From NCBI GenBank assembly GCA_035400625.1, contig DAOMZT010000001.1, positions 270,001 to 302,000 on the forward strand: a DNA stretch of 32,000 nt, written 5' to 3'. The stretch's first letter is position 1, and every line of letters begins with the position of its first letter. This DNA is from an archaeon. GTDB taxonomy: Archaea > Iainarchaeota > Iainarchaeia > Iainarchaeales > CSSED10-239. The notes below the pieces were generated by a model that worked only from the letters and a program-made list of their open reading frames with translations, was not told the origin of the DNA and searched no databases. Below are positions 8,035 through 17,483 of this stretch, piece by piece. The position numbers and the translations under genes were made by a program.

Positions 8035-10404
8035 TTAATTCACTTCTATACTATCATCATTTAGATACTGAATATTTAAAATATTATGTGTTTTCTGAAT
8101 GTCTTTTTCAATACACTTGTATTTCTTATTTATCTTCAATTCTTTTATTTCGTCCTTTAATGAAAGATTATTGTCTTTTTTATATTTCCATATGCTGTTG
8201 TTTAGGTTTTCTATATCCTCTAAATTTAGAGCGCTTTCAAATTTCTCAGTTTCTGGGTAACTCTCTTTATTTGGGTCATTATCAAACAGCTCAACAAGTA
8301 TCTTGTGTGTTGTAAAAGGTATTACTGGGAACAATAACACCAGTAGCCTTTCCAAACAATAATTAAGAGTATCAATTGCTGCGTTTTGTTCTTCTTTATT
8401 GAACTTTCCTTCTTGGTTATAAGCTCTGCTTTTTACTAGCTCTAAATAATGTGAAGAAAATGTTGTCCACAAGAAATATTTTAATTTAATAATTGGCTCG
8501 TGAAAATCATAACTTGAATATTTCTTATCACAAAGCTCTATTAGGTTATTTATTTCTTTTAACACAGCCTTATCAAGCTCGGAAAATTCAGAATTAATTC
8601 CCTCACTTCTATCAAACTGAGAAATAAACTTGCTTACATTCCATAGCTTGTTTAGCGTTTTCTGCTCTGTTGATATTCTGTCCTTTGAGCATTTCAAGTC
8701 CTTCTCATTTAGGTTTCCTTCATCTGCTACCCAAAGCCTGAAAGCCTCTGCCCCATAGTCTCTTAATATCTCTTGAGGATCAATTGCATTTCCTAGAGAT
8801 TTTGCCATCTTGTTTCCTTTATCATCTAAAATGTGCTGATGAATATACACGTCATCAAATATAATTTTGCCAGTGAAAAGATAACATTTCAAAAGAGTAT
8901 AATATAGCCAAGTTCTAACTATTTCTTTTCCTTGTGGCCTTAAACTACAGACAGGGTGTTTTTTATAAAACTCAGAGCCATAATCAAGAACAAACAATGG
9001 AGATATACTTGAATCAAACCAAGTATCAAATACCCTAGTTTCTCCTTCTATTTCTGTCCCTCTGCATTTTGGGCAACTATCTACAGGTGCTTTTTCTTTC
9101 CATGGCTTATGATATTTTCCTTTTTCACCAAGTATTGCTTCTCCACATTTTTTACAATACCATATTGGAATTTCAGTTGCGTAATATCTTCTTCTAGATA
9201 TTGGCCAATCAATTGAAACAACATCTAGCCAATCCAATAATATTTTCTTTGTTGCTGGATTTGTGAAGTTTATGGTTTCTGCAATCTCTTTCATCTTCTC
9301 AATATAATCCATTTGTTTTAGATAATATTCTTTTAATGAAATAAACTCAATCTCGTGTTTTGATCTCTCGCAGATTGGAACTTTGTGCTGTATTGTTTTT
9401 TCTTCTGTTACAAGTTCTTTTTCTTTAAGTAGTTCAACCATCTTTTGTCTTGCTTCTTTGACACTTAGGCCTTCTAAAAATTCTGCGTTTTTGTTCATTT
9501 TTCCTGAGATGTCAATAGATATGATTGGTTTTATGCCTTGCTCCACAAAAAACCTAATATCTGAGTAGTCTCCTGCTGAACACATCATGACAAGACCGGT
9601 GCCTTTATCAGTTTTTGCCATTGGGTGTGCTTTTATTGGCACCTCTCTATTAAAAAGAGGAGAAACAGCAGTCTTTCCATTAAGCTTTTGCCACCTTTCA
9701 TCTTCTGGGTTAAAGATAACCATCCCAAGAGAGCAAACAAGTTCTGGTCTAGTAGTGGCTATTGGTATTTTTTCTCCTGTTTCTTTAACACTAAACAAAA
9801 TTGTGTAAAATTTAGAGTCCACAACTTTATAATCAATCTCAGAATCTGCAAGTGTTGTCTTACAGCCTGGACAATAGTTTGTAACCTTCTCATCAAGATA
9901 AATAAGCCCTTTTTTATAAAGTTCAATAAATGTTTCTTGTGTTAGTGTTCTGTATTTCTCTGAGTCTGTCTTATAGACAGAACCAATCTTTCCAGTCTCT
10001 TCATAGGTATTAAAAGATATCCCAAGCATTGCAAAGCTTTTGCTTGTTTCTGTTGATGTTTCTTCTAGTATTTTTTTACAATAATCAATATAGCTTTCTC
10101 TGTCTGTTGTTAATATGGAGATTTTAAATTTCTTTTCTGCAGCCATCTCAATTGGCAGTCCATTTCTATCTAGTCCTAAAGGAAACAGCACATTAAATCC
10201 TTTTAATCTTTTATATCTAGATATAAAATCCATAATAGAATAAGTAGAGGCATGTCCAATATGTACAGGGCTATTGATATATGGTGGTGGTGTGTCTATA
10301 CTATACACTGGCCTATCATTATCTTTAAATTCAAAAACCCTGCTCTCCATTTCTTTTTGAATAATTTCTTTTTCTAGTTCTTTGTTCCATTTATCTAGTG
10401 CCAT
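8035..10404 (-). CDS. valS: Valine--tRNA ligase (class Ia, compact archaeal form)
   Basis: The HIGH region is 'PPPYINSPVHIGHA' and KMSKS is 'KMAKSLGN'. The archaeal ValRS-type editing-domain segment is 'TTRPELVCS...NPEDERW...GTGLVMMCSAGDYSD'. A Cys-rich insertion reads 'WYCKKCG...SCPKCRG'. The length of 789 aa argues against IleRS or LeuRS. Confidence 0.8.
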   Translation of the reverse strand: MALDKWNKELEKEIIQKEMESRVFEFKDNDRPVYSIDTPPPYINSPVHIGHASTYSIMDFISRYKRLKGFNVLFPLGLDRNGLPIEMAAEKKFKISILTTDRESYIDYCKKILEETSTETSKSFAMLGISFNTYEETGKIGSVYKTDSEKYRTLTQETFIELYKKGLIYLDEKVTNYCPGCKTTLADSEIDYKVVDSKFYTILFSVKETGEKIPIATTRPELVCSLGMVIFNPEDERWQKLNGKTAVSPLFNREVPIKAHPMAKTDKGTGLVMMCSAGDYSDIRFFVEQGIKPIISIDISGKMNKNAEFLEGLSVKEARQKMVELLKEKELVTEEKTIQHKVPICERSKHEIEFISLKEYYLKQMDYIEKMKEIAETINFTNPATKKILLDWLDVVSIDWPISRRRYYATEIPIWYCKKCGEAILGEKGKYHKPWKEKAPVDSCPKCRGTEIEGETRVFDTWFDSSISPLFVLDYGSEFYKKHPVCSLRPQGKEIVRTWLYYTLLKCYLFTGKIIFDDVYIHQHILDDKGNKMAKSLGNAIDPQEILRDYGAEAFRLWVADEGNLNEKDLKCSKDRISTEQKTLNKLWNVSKFISQFDRSEGINSEFSELDKAVLKEINNLIELCDKKYSSYDFHEPIIKLKYFLWTTFSSHYLELVKSRAYNQEGKFNKEEQNAAIDTLNYCLERLLVLLFPVIPFTTHKILVELFDNDPNKESYPETEKFESALNLEDIENLNNSIWKYKKDNNLSLKDEIKELKINKKYKCIEKDIQKTHNILNIQYLNDDSIEVN

Positions 10405-10476
10405 ATATAGCTTCTCTTTAAAATATAATATATAATATAGGCAACTTAATACTTAAAAATAGTTGTTTTTTCTTGC

Positions 10477-11106
10477 TTATCTATTAACCATCTTAATATA
10501 TTTTATAACAGTCTGATAAGCAAGTATTTCTAGGTTTGTTTGGCTTATTTTTTCAGTTATCTGATCAATCTTTGTGCTTGCGTTTTCTTTCTTAAATTGT
10601 TGTCTTTTTTTGTTATAGTCTCCAATAACACTGTCTTTATAGATCAAAGATTTGGTTACAGTATCTGCCAGCTTTTTTCTATAGTCATAATCAACTAAAA
10701 AAGTATCTGCAAGTGTCCCGTATTCAGGGTCCATTATTACTTCGTCTGTTAGCTTACAGTTTATCACATCTTCTCTGTATTCTGGGTTTAGTGCTTGCTT
10801 AAGTTTATGTTTCCAGAATTTGCCTTTAAAATATTTCTTTAGTTTTATGTCTCTATAGTAGTTTTGTGCCTTGTCTTTTTCTTTTTCCCAGTATCTCTTT
10901 AGTTTTTTTAGTTTTTCTTTTGTATCTTGCAGTTCTGTGATTTTTTTATCAATATCTCTAATATTTGGATGTATTATTCTTTTATTTTCAAGTATTATAA
11001 ATTTTTTCTTAAAATATGCATCCAAATATGGCTTGTCTTTGTTTTTTTCTAACTTCAATTCTTGTATGAAGGTTTCATAGTTATTTATTGTTTTGGTTAA
11101 TGCCAT
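10477..11106 (-). CDS. Hypothetical Lys/Glu-rich coiled-coil protein
   Basis: This is a clean 209-aa ORF with heptad-like charged stretches (KITELQDTKEKLKKLKRYWEKEKDKAQ). It has no TM and no recognisable catalytic motif. Confidence 0.45.
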   Translation of the reverse strand: MALTKTINNYETFIQELKLEKNKDKPYLDAYFKKKFIILENKRIIHPNIRDIDKKITELQDTKEKLKKLKRYWEKEKDKAQNYYRDIKLKKYFKGKFWKHKLKQALNPEYREDVINCKLTDEVIMDPEYGTLADTFLVDYDYRKKLADTVTKSLIYKDSVIGDYNKKRQQFKKENASTKIDQITEKISQTNLEILAYQTVIKYIKMVNR

Positions 11107-11251
11107 AGTTACATCATTGCTCTTGCCTTAGTATAGATGAATTAAACTAAATGTTTTTAAAGCTTTATAGTTTTTTCAATTATTTTTTGTGATATTACAA
11201 AAATTATTCCATTTATAATTATTTCTTATCTTTAATTATATGTGATAAATT

Positions 11252-11572
11252 ATGTTTGGTGGAATAGATCCTAGAAGAATGCAAAGCATGATGAAGCAGA
11301 TGGGTATTGAAAATAAAGATATTCCTGCAAAGAAAGTAATTATAGAAACAGATTCTAAAAAAATAATTATAGAAAACCCAGCAGTAACAGAAGTATCAAT
11401 GCAAGGTCAAAAGACCTATCAAATCATGGGTGATGTTAAAGAAGAGGTTAATATCCCTAAGGAAGATGTAGATATGGTAATGGAAGCCACAAAAAAATCA
11501 GAAACAGAAGCAAAAGAGGCTTTAGAAAAGACCTCAGGGGACATTGCAAAAGCCATAGAGTTATTATCTTAA
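11252..11572 (+). CDS. nac: Nascent polypeptide-associated complex protein (NAC alpha homolog)
   Basis: It starts with 'MFGGIDPRRMQSMMKQMGI' followed by a NAC beta-barrel region. The C-terminal UBA-like tail is 'EAKEALEKTSGDIAKAIELL'. Confidence 0.85.
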   Translation: MFGGIDPRRMQSMMKQMGIENKDIPAKKVIIETDSKKIIIENPAVTEVSMQGQKTYQIMGDVKEEVNIPKEDVDMVMEATKKSETEAKEALEKTSGDIAKAIELLS

Positions 11573-11575
11573 ATT

Positions 11576-12865
11576 CTATTTCTGCAAGCCAAGATACAAG
11601 ATATTGTCTCTTTGTACATATGCTTGTATTTGCAAAGTTAAAGTTGTTTTATTAAGGTCTTGTGGGTAATCAACAAGTGCTTGAGTGCTTGTTTCTTCGT
11701 AGTTGTATTTCTTGTTCTCAATTATAAGATTGCTAGTATCAACATTAGCTATGGTCTTGTATTTTATATCTGTGAATCCGTATTTTTCAAGTATATTATT
11801 AATTTTAGAAATATCTATGTTTTCGTAATTTAGAATAGCGCTTATGTTTGTTTTTGGTTCATTAGTAATAACTGTGGCACCACTAATTTTTTTTATTTGT
11901 GTTTTAAGTTCTTGGTATTCGTTATCTTTTGTATCTTCATTTAAATAAACTTCTAAACTTAAATCTTCTTCATTTAAAGAATAATTTGAAAATTTATTTT
12001 CGTCTCTTAAGTTATCTAGAGCAATGCCCAATTCTTCTGTATTTTTGTCTTCTGGTATAGTAAACATTAGGTTTTGTGAGAAGCTAAATGTTATTTCAGT
12101 GTCATTATAGTCTGTTTTTATTTTTTCTTCAATTTCTTTTTTGTCTTTGGAGTATATTAATGTTGTTTGTGCATCTAGAAGTATTTTTGCATCATAACCA
12201 ATAACATTAAAATCTCCAGAGCTTATGAGCATTTGTGGATAGGAACTAAGATTATACATCTCTATTCCAGTGGCACTTAATAGCTTTTGGCCACTAAATG
12301 TAGCATAACAAGCAACAAATATGTTGTCTTCTTTTATTGTCTCAATATTAATTATTCCTTCAATAGGTGTTGCCCCAAAAGAATAAAGGATTTCTTGGTT
12401 GTTATCGTTTGTAAAGTTTACTTCTGCAGGAACTGAAAGCAAAGCGTATTGATACATCTCTATTGGCTCCTCAATAATGTTTAGTTCTTTTATCTTAGAA
12501 ACAATTTCTTGTTTTTTGTCTGCAAGAATATTAAGTGTAATAACTACATTAATGCTTCCATCTTCTGTTTGTCTAAAAGAAACATTTTTGCTTTTTAGGC
12601 CCTGTAGCTCTAATAGCTTGTTATCAATAGATGCTTGATCATAATCAACAGGTTTGCCTGCCACAATTATTTGTGGAAATACTTCTAGGACATTTGCATC
12701 AAACTGTGCATTATAGTTAACAGGCGTAAGATTTACATTTAAATCTGAGTTGATATCGCTACCAGGTTTTGCTCTATCCCCCCCAGTAGTCATTATTGCA
12801 AATATTGACCCAACAAAAAGTAACACTAAAAGTATAGAGAAAATCGTTTTATTATCTAGTTTCAT
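11576..12865 (-). CDS. Hypothetical secreted/membrane-anchored acidic protein
   Basis: The N-terminal signal anchor is 'IFSILLVLLFVGSIFAIM'. The remaining ~400 aa are Asn/Asp/Glu-rich with many N-x-S/T sequons. I recognise no family. Confidence 0.5.
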   Translation of the reverse strand: MKLDNKTIFSILLVLLFVGSIFAIMTTGGDRAKPGSDINSDLNVNLTPVNYNAQFDANVLEVFPQIIVAGKPVDYDQASIDNKLLELQGLKSKNVSFRQTEDGSINVVITLNILADKKQEIVSKIKELNIIEEPIEMYQYALLSVPAEVNFTNDNNQEILYSFGATPIEGIINIETIKEDNIFVACYATFSGQKLLSATGIEMYNLSSYPQMLISSGDFNVIGYDAKILLDAQTTLIYSKDKKEIEEKIKTDYNDTEITFSFSQNLMFTIPEDKNTEELGIALDNLRDENKFSNYSLNEEDLSLEVYLNEDTKDNEYQELKTQIKKISGATVITNEPKTNISAILNYENIDISKINNILEKYGFTDIKYKTIANVDTSNLIIENKKYNYEETSTQALVDYPQDLNKTTLTLQIQAYVQRDNILYLGLQK

Positions 12866-12941
12866 AAAAAGTTCACATGTTTTTATTCTTTTTCCTATAT
12901 ATTATTATATATAAAAACTATTTAAATAAATCAGTTTTATT

Positions 12942-13865
12942 ATGGCTTCATTTAATATTGGTAAAATCAGGATAAGAAACAAGGGGATATTAGCCCCAAT
13001 GCTAGAATATACAAATCTTGCCTTTAGGCGTCTTTGTGTAGAAAACGGTTGTGCATTGCCATACACGGAAATGGTTCATATCAATTACATTCTTAATTCT
13101 TCTCTTGAAGAGATCCCTGAGCTAAAAACAAAAGATGAAGATTATCCTGCCTCTCTTCAACTAGTTGGTAATTTTACAGATGCTAAAAAAACAATTTCTG
13201 CTTTTAAAAAAATAGAAGATCTTTCTTTTAAGATTATTGATTTTAATCTTGGTTGTCCATCTCCAAAGATAGAGGCTGGAAAATCAGGTGCTTTTCTTCT
13301 TGATGATATAGATTTAGTTTCTAAGACTCTTAAAGAGATAAAGCAAGACACTCAAAAAGCAATAACTGCAAAAGTAAGGCTAGGCACTACAAAAAAAGAT
13401 ATTTCTGTAATTGCTAAGTCCTTAGAAAATGCAGGGATTGATGCTATTGCTATTCATGGCAGGCTAAAGACACAAGGTTATAAAACGCCTTCAGATTATA
13501 AAGCTGTTGAAAAGATAGCAAAAGACCTGTCTATTCCAGTAATCTATAATGGAGACATAAGCTTAAGCAATTACAAGATGTTTGATGATATCGATGTTTT
13601 TTCAGGATTAATGGTTGCAAGAACTGCTCTTAATAGCCCAGAGATTTTTTCTTTAATTTCTGATAAAAATCCAAAGACAAAACAAGAAAACATTAGATTA
13701 TTTACTAAGCTTTCAAAGAAATACAACCTAGAAATCAAATATCAAAAGAACAATCTGCTACAGCTAGTTTCTGGTTTTTCTGGTTCTAAAAGGCTTAGAG
13801 AAAAGATATCAATTGCAAAGACACAAGAAGAAATCGATAATTTGTCTTTACCCACATTTTTATAA
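12942..13865 (+). CDS. dus: tRNA-dihydrouridine synthase (Dus family)
   Basis: 'LAPMLEYTNLAFRRLC' and 'DFNLGCPSPKI' (catalytic Cys loop) are present. 'AKVRLG' and 'AIHGRLK' are typical TIM-barrel Dus motifs. Confidence 0.8.
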   Translation: MASFNIGKIRIRNKGILAPMLEYTNLAFRRLCVENGCALPYTEMVHINYILNSSLEEIPELKTKDEDYPASLQLVGNFTDAKKTISAFKKIEDLSFKIIDFNLGCPSPKIEAGKSGAFLLDDIDLVSKTLKEIKQDTQKAITAKVRLGTTKKDISVIAKSLENAGIDAIAIHGRLKTQGYKTPSDYKAVEKIAKDLSIPVIYNGDISLSNYKMFDDIDVFSGLMVARTALNSPEIFSLISDKNPKTKQENIRLFTKLSKKYNLEIKYQKNNLLQLVSGFSGSKRLREKISIAKTQEEIDNLSLPTFL

Positions 13866-13983
13866 AAGCACTGCATTTTAAACTTTTTGTGGGAAAAAAT
13901 ATTTGTGTTTGTTACAAAAAGGAAAACAGGTTATTTTCTAGAAGAAGTAATTAAATAAAATCAAAAAGAGATTATTCAAATAT

Positions 13984-14718
13984 TCAAGAAAAGGCGAAAT
14001 AAAAAACAACAAAAAGAATCGCCAAAACAATCAAACTGACTTGCCAGTTTTTTATCATATATTTTAATAATTCAAATAGCGCTTTAAATATTCCAACAAT
14101 AAAATTTAACAAATACTCAAAGAATTTTTTAGGGTGCTTGATATCTTTAATCGTTTCTGTGAAAATCTCGCTATTGCTTTTTTTTCTTTTTACTATTTTT
14201 TTGAAATTATTTATTTTTGAAGTCACGCCATCAAAATAAATTTCTAAATTTTCAGCATCGCATCTCCAGATTGGTATGTAGATTTGTTCAAAGCCACTTA
14301 AAGAGATATTGTTTTTTTCTGCACTAAACTTACAGGCCAGCATTTTAGTTATTGTCTCTTGTGCTTCACTTTTCTTAACTATAGATTTCTTAATTCTAAT
14401 CTCTACCTTTTCTACAAAAGAAACATCTAAGCGTTCTATAACCTTAGGGGTTGTAATATCTAAAAGCTTTAAAAATTCATCCTCAACTTTGTTAGTCAAA
14501 GAATTAAGTGCTGTTTGTGCAGAGATGTGCTGATATTTGCCTTCTTTATTTTTACAATCAATATCATAGAAACAGACCCAATAAGGTGTGATATTAAGGT
14601 GAATATTATCTTTTGTAATCTTTACCTTATACCCTTTTTTGTCAAACTCTTTTTGGAATATTGAAATAGCTTCCTCAAGAGTTATTTTGACAGGAAAGGA
14701 TAATTTATTTAATTCCAT
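13984..14718 (-). CDS. Hypothetical tail-anchored membrane protein with an internal duplication
   Basis: A C-terminal TM (VSLIVLAILFVVFYFAFS) sits at the extreme end. Two similar modules end in 'ITPYWVCFYDID' and 'IYIPIWRCDAEN'. The start lies 7 nt after the sepF stop. Confidence 0.5.
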   Translation of the reverse strand: MELNKLSFPVKITLEEAISIFQKEFDKKGYKVKITKDNIHLNITPYWVCFYDIDCKNKEGKYQHISAQTALNSLTNKVEDEFLKLLDITTPKVIERLDVSFVEKVEIRIKKSIVKKSEAQETITKMLACKFSAEKNNISLSGFEQIYIPIWRCDAENLEIYFDGVTSKINNFKKIVKRKKSNSEIFTETIKDIKHPKKFFEYLLNFIVGIFKALFELLKYMIKNWQVSLIVLAILFVVFYFAFS

Positions 14719-14725
14719 CTATATT

Positions 14726-15067
14726 TTACTTCTTCTTGATCTTGACTTTAGATGGTGTTAAAAGTATCTTTGATGCAGAAACCATTGCTAAGTCTCCACC
14801 TGTATCTTTAACAAACATCTTTATTTGTCCAAGAAACTGCTTTGCTCTTTGAGCATTTCTTTTGCTTAGGTTTTCAATATCTAAAAGTACAATATTTCTC
14901 TCTTTTAACTCTCTTATTACTTCTTCCACTTCTGCGTTTGTTTGTAAGCTTATTGGTTTTACCCAAAAGTCTACTTCTTCTGGTTCTTCCTCTACTTCCA
15001 TGTTGTTTAAGTAGTCATCAACATCAAGTTCTTCTTTTCTAGAAAATATGTTGTCAAAAAATGCCAT
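14726..15067 (-). CDS. sepF: Cell division protein SepF (archaeal, DUF552)
   Basis: An acidic N-terminus is followed by 'VKPISLQTNAEVEEVIRELKERNIVLLDIENLSKRNAQRAKQFLGQIKMFVKDTGGDLAMVSASKILLTP'. This matches the SepF core pattern (..l.dl.d...i.d.l..G.iviv.l..l......r..dfl.G.....gG....i....fl..P). Confidence 0.75.
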   Translation of the reverse strand: MAFFDNIFSRKEELDVDDYLNNMEVEEEPEEVDFWVKPISLQTNAEVEEVIRELKERNIVLLDIENLSKRNAQRAKQFLGQIKMFVKDTGGDLAMVSASKILLTPSKVKIKKK

Positions 15068-15255
15068 TTTTATTCACCTTTTTTTTATTTATCCCCTTTT
15101 TTTATAAAAATATAGTAATATATTATTGAACCAAAATATATAAAAACAAATTGTTATATCTTTGTTCAAAAAACCCAGAAATTTAAGAACTTTCCTTTAT
15201 AAACTTTATCTTTTGAAATTAGTTTCCTTTTTAATTTCTTTTTGTTCTTAAATAT

Positions 15256-16434
15256 ATGTTAAGTATGAAAACAACACATGTAATTATTCATTATTCAGAG
15301 ATTGGTATAAAAAAATCTAATCGCTTTATTTTTGAGAATGCTCTTTTAAAAAACATTAATATTTCTTGTAAAGATGAGATTTTATCATCATTTAAGAGAT
15401 ATGGCAGGTTGATTTTGGTTTTAAAGGATGATTCAAATTTAGACACTTTAAAAACAATCCTTGAAAACACGCCCGGCATCTCTAGCTTTTCATTTTCCTG
15501 TTCTTGTGAAAGGGATATTAAAGACATAAAAAAGCTAGCTTACGACATTGCAAAATCCAGAGAAAAGGACTTTTCTAATTTTAGAATAACCACTACCAGA
15601 TCTTATAAAAAGTTTCCATTAACCTCTCAAGAAGCGGATGCAGAGATAGGTTCTGATATTTTTATGCATCTAAAAAAAGCAGTTAAGCTTAAAGGAGCAG
15701 AGCTGGATATCGGTGTTGAGATTACAGAAAAAGAAGTTTTTGTATATACCAACAAAGACACCTTTAAAGGCATTGGTGGTCTGCCAGTAGGTTCAACAGG
15801 AAAGCTGGTATGTTCTTTATCTGGGGGAATAGACAGCCCAGTCTCAGGCTATATGCTAAACAAGCGTGGCTGTAAGGTCATCTATGTGCATATCCAAAGT
15901 AATAATCTAGTGACAAAAGAAGTAGAAGACAAGATTTTCAAGCTCTGTAATGTTTTAAAGAATTTTCAAGGCAATACCAAATTGATTGTTGTTCCTTTCT
16001 CTGATATTCAAAAACAATTGTTGATGCTAGTTCCTGCTGATTATCGTATGATCATTTATAGAAGGTTTATGTTTAGAATAATAAATAAGATTGCAGATAT
16101 AGAAAATGCATTAGGTATTATTACTGGCGACTCTGTTGGCCAAGTCGCTTCTCAAACTCTTGAAAACCTTAATTGCATTTATGAGGTATCTAAGCTTCCA
16201 GTCATCTCTCCATTGATTGGCCTAAACAAGGATGAGATAATTGCAATTGCTCAAAAGATTGGTACTTACAACATCTCAATTGCCCCATATCCGGACTGCT
16301 GTTCTTTTATGGTGGCAGAACACCCAAAGACAAAGGGTCGTCTTGAGGATGTTAAATATATAGAAAACAATATAGCTGATATTGATGGCTTGGTAGATGA
16401 CGCAATCTCCAAAGCAAAAACATATAATTTTTAA
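15256..16434 (+). CDS. thiI: tRNA 4-thiouridine synthase ThiI (no rhodanese domain)
   Basis: An N-terminal ferredoxin-like/THUMP region is followed by the PP-loop 'LSGGIDSPV' and a conserved 'PYPDCCSFM'. The length of 392 aa indicates the short form typical of archaea. An alternative start lies at 15265 (MKTTH). Confidence 0.85.
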   Translation: MLSMKTTHVIIHYSEIGIKKSNRFIFENALLKNINISCKDEILSSFKRYGRLILVLKDDSNLDTLKTILENTPGISSFSFSCSCERDIKDIKKLAYDIAKSREKDFSNFRITTTRSYKKFPLTSQEADAEIGSDIFMHLKKAVKLKGAELDIGVEITEKEVFVYTNKDTFKGIGGLPVGSTGKLVCSLSGGIDSPVSGYMLNKRGCKVIYVHIQSNNLVTKEVEDKIFKLCNVLKNFQGNTKLIVVPFSDIQKQLLMLVPADYRMIIYRRFMFRIINKIADIENALGIITGDSVGQVASQTLENLNCIYEVSKLPVISPLIGLNKDEIIAIAQKIGTYNISIAPYPDCCSFMVAEHPKTKGRLEDVKYIENNIADIDGLVDDAISKAKTYNF

Positions 16435-16442
16435 AGATTATT

Positions 16443-17483
16443 ATGAAAAACAAAAGAGTTGTTGTTGGTGTTTCAGGAGGAGTGGATTCTTCTATATCTC
16501 TTGTTGTTCTTCAAAAGATGGGCTATACACCAATTGCAGTTTCTTTAAAGCTCCCTGTCTTTTCTGGCGCTAGTTGTAAAGATAATTCTTGTTGCACTCC
16601 TCAGGCAGTGGCGATAGCAAAAGATGTTTGTAAAAAGCTAAATATTGAATATCATGTTGTTGATGAAAGAAAAAATTTTGAAAAGGAAGTTGTTTCTTAT
16701 TTTAAAAAAGAATTAAAAAATAACAGAACTCCAAATCCCTGTGTTGTTTGTAATCGTTATAGCAAGATTAAGGCTCTTCTTGATTTTGCTGATTCAAGAA
16801 ACATCAAGTATGTTGCAACAGGGCATTATGCTAAAATAAAAAACGGATATCTTTGTAAACCGAAAGACAAAACAAAAGACCAGACTTACGGCCTTTGCCT
16901 ACTTCCAAAGGCTTGGCTATCACGAATTATTTTCCCACTTCAGGATTTGACAAAAGATCAAGTATATGCTATTGCTCAAAAGCAAGATTTTGATTTTTTT
17001 TCAAAGACCAAGCAGTCTCAGGATTTTTGCTATGTCTCTGGTAGCGACATCTCTAAATTTATAGAAAAAGAGCTTGGCAAAAAGCCAGGCAAGATTGTTG
17101 ATATTTCAGGCAAAGTTCTTGGTAATCATAATGGCTTGTGGTTTTACACTCTTGGTCAGAGAAAAGGTCTTGGAAGAGATGGCAAAAGATATTTTGTTTG
17201 TGGCTTTGATACCAAAAAGAACCATTTGATTATTACACGCAAACAAGAAAAAAAAATTAAAGAAATAACTTTAGAAAAAGTTAATCTTATTACAGAGAAG
17301 TTACCTAAAGAGCTAAAAGTAAAAATAAGATACACAACAATAGAGATTCCTGCAACCGTTATCTTACAAAAAGACAACATGGCAAAAGTAATCTTTAAAC
17401 AACCACAAACAGTAGTAACTCCTGGTCAATTCTGTGTGTTTTACAAAGGGAATAAATGCCTTGGTGGAGGAATAATAAAATGA
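16443..17483 (+). CDS. mnmA: tRNA-specific 2-thiouridylase MnmA (CxxC 'C-type')
   Basis: The PP-loop is 'GVSGGVDSS'. 'TPNPCVVCN' (Cys100/Cys103) and 'SQDFCY' are present, and the C-terminal beta-barrel ends in 'GQFCVFY'. These are bacterial-type MnmA motifs. Confidence 0.85.
   Translation: MKNKRVVVGVSGGVDSSISLVVLQKMGYTPIAVSLKLPVFSGASCKDNSCCTPQAVAIAKDVCKKLNIEYHVVDERKNFEKEVVSYFKKELKNNRTPNPCVVCNRYSKIKALLDFADSRNIKYVATGHYAKIKNGYLCKPKDKTKDQTYGLCLLPKAWLSRIIFPLQDLTKDQVYAIAQKQDFDFFSKTKQSQDFCYVSGSDISKFIEKELGKKPGKIVDISGKVLGNHNGLWFYTLGQRKGLGRDGKRYFVCGFDTKKNHLIITRKQEKKIKEITLEKVNLITEKLPKELKVKIRYTTIEIPATVILQKDNMAKVIFKQPQTVVTPGQFCVFYKGNKCLGGGIIK

Noticed and set aside
6083-11080. Antisense ORFs lie within rps3ae, rps15, bud32, valS and the coiled-coil gene (6083..6328, 6467..6697, 7010..7270, 7391..7639, 8088..8315, 9383..9945 set, 10871..11080).
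   Set aside because: They are shadow ORFs opposite strongly supported genes. Their translations are Leu/Phe/Ser-rich with no motifs.
17456-17479. Longer N-terminus (MPWWRNNK...) for the histidine phosphatase.
   Set aside because: It would overlap mnmA by 28 nt and adds non-conserved residues. The ATG at 17480 gives the typical 'M-x4-6-LxRHG' N-terminus and an ATGA stop/start overlap.
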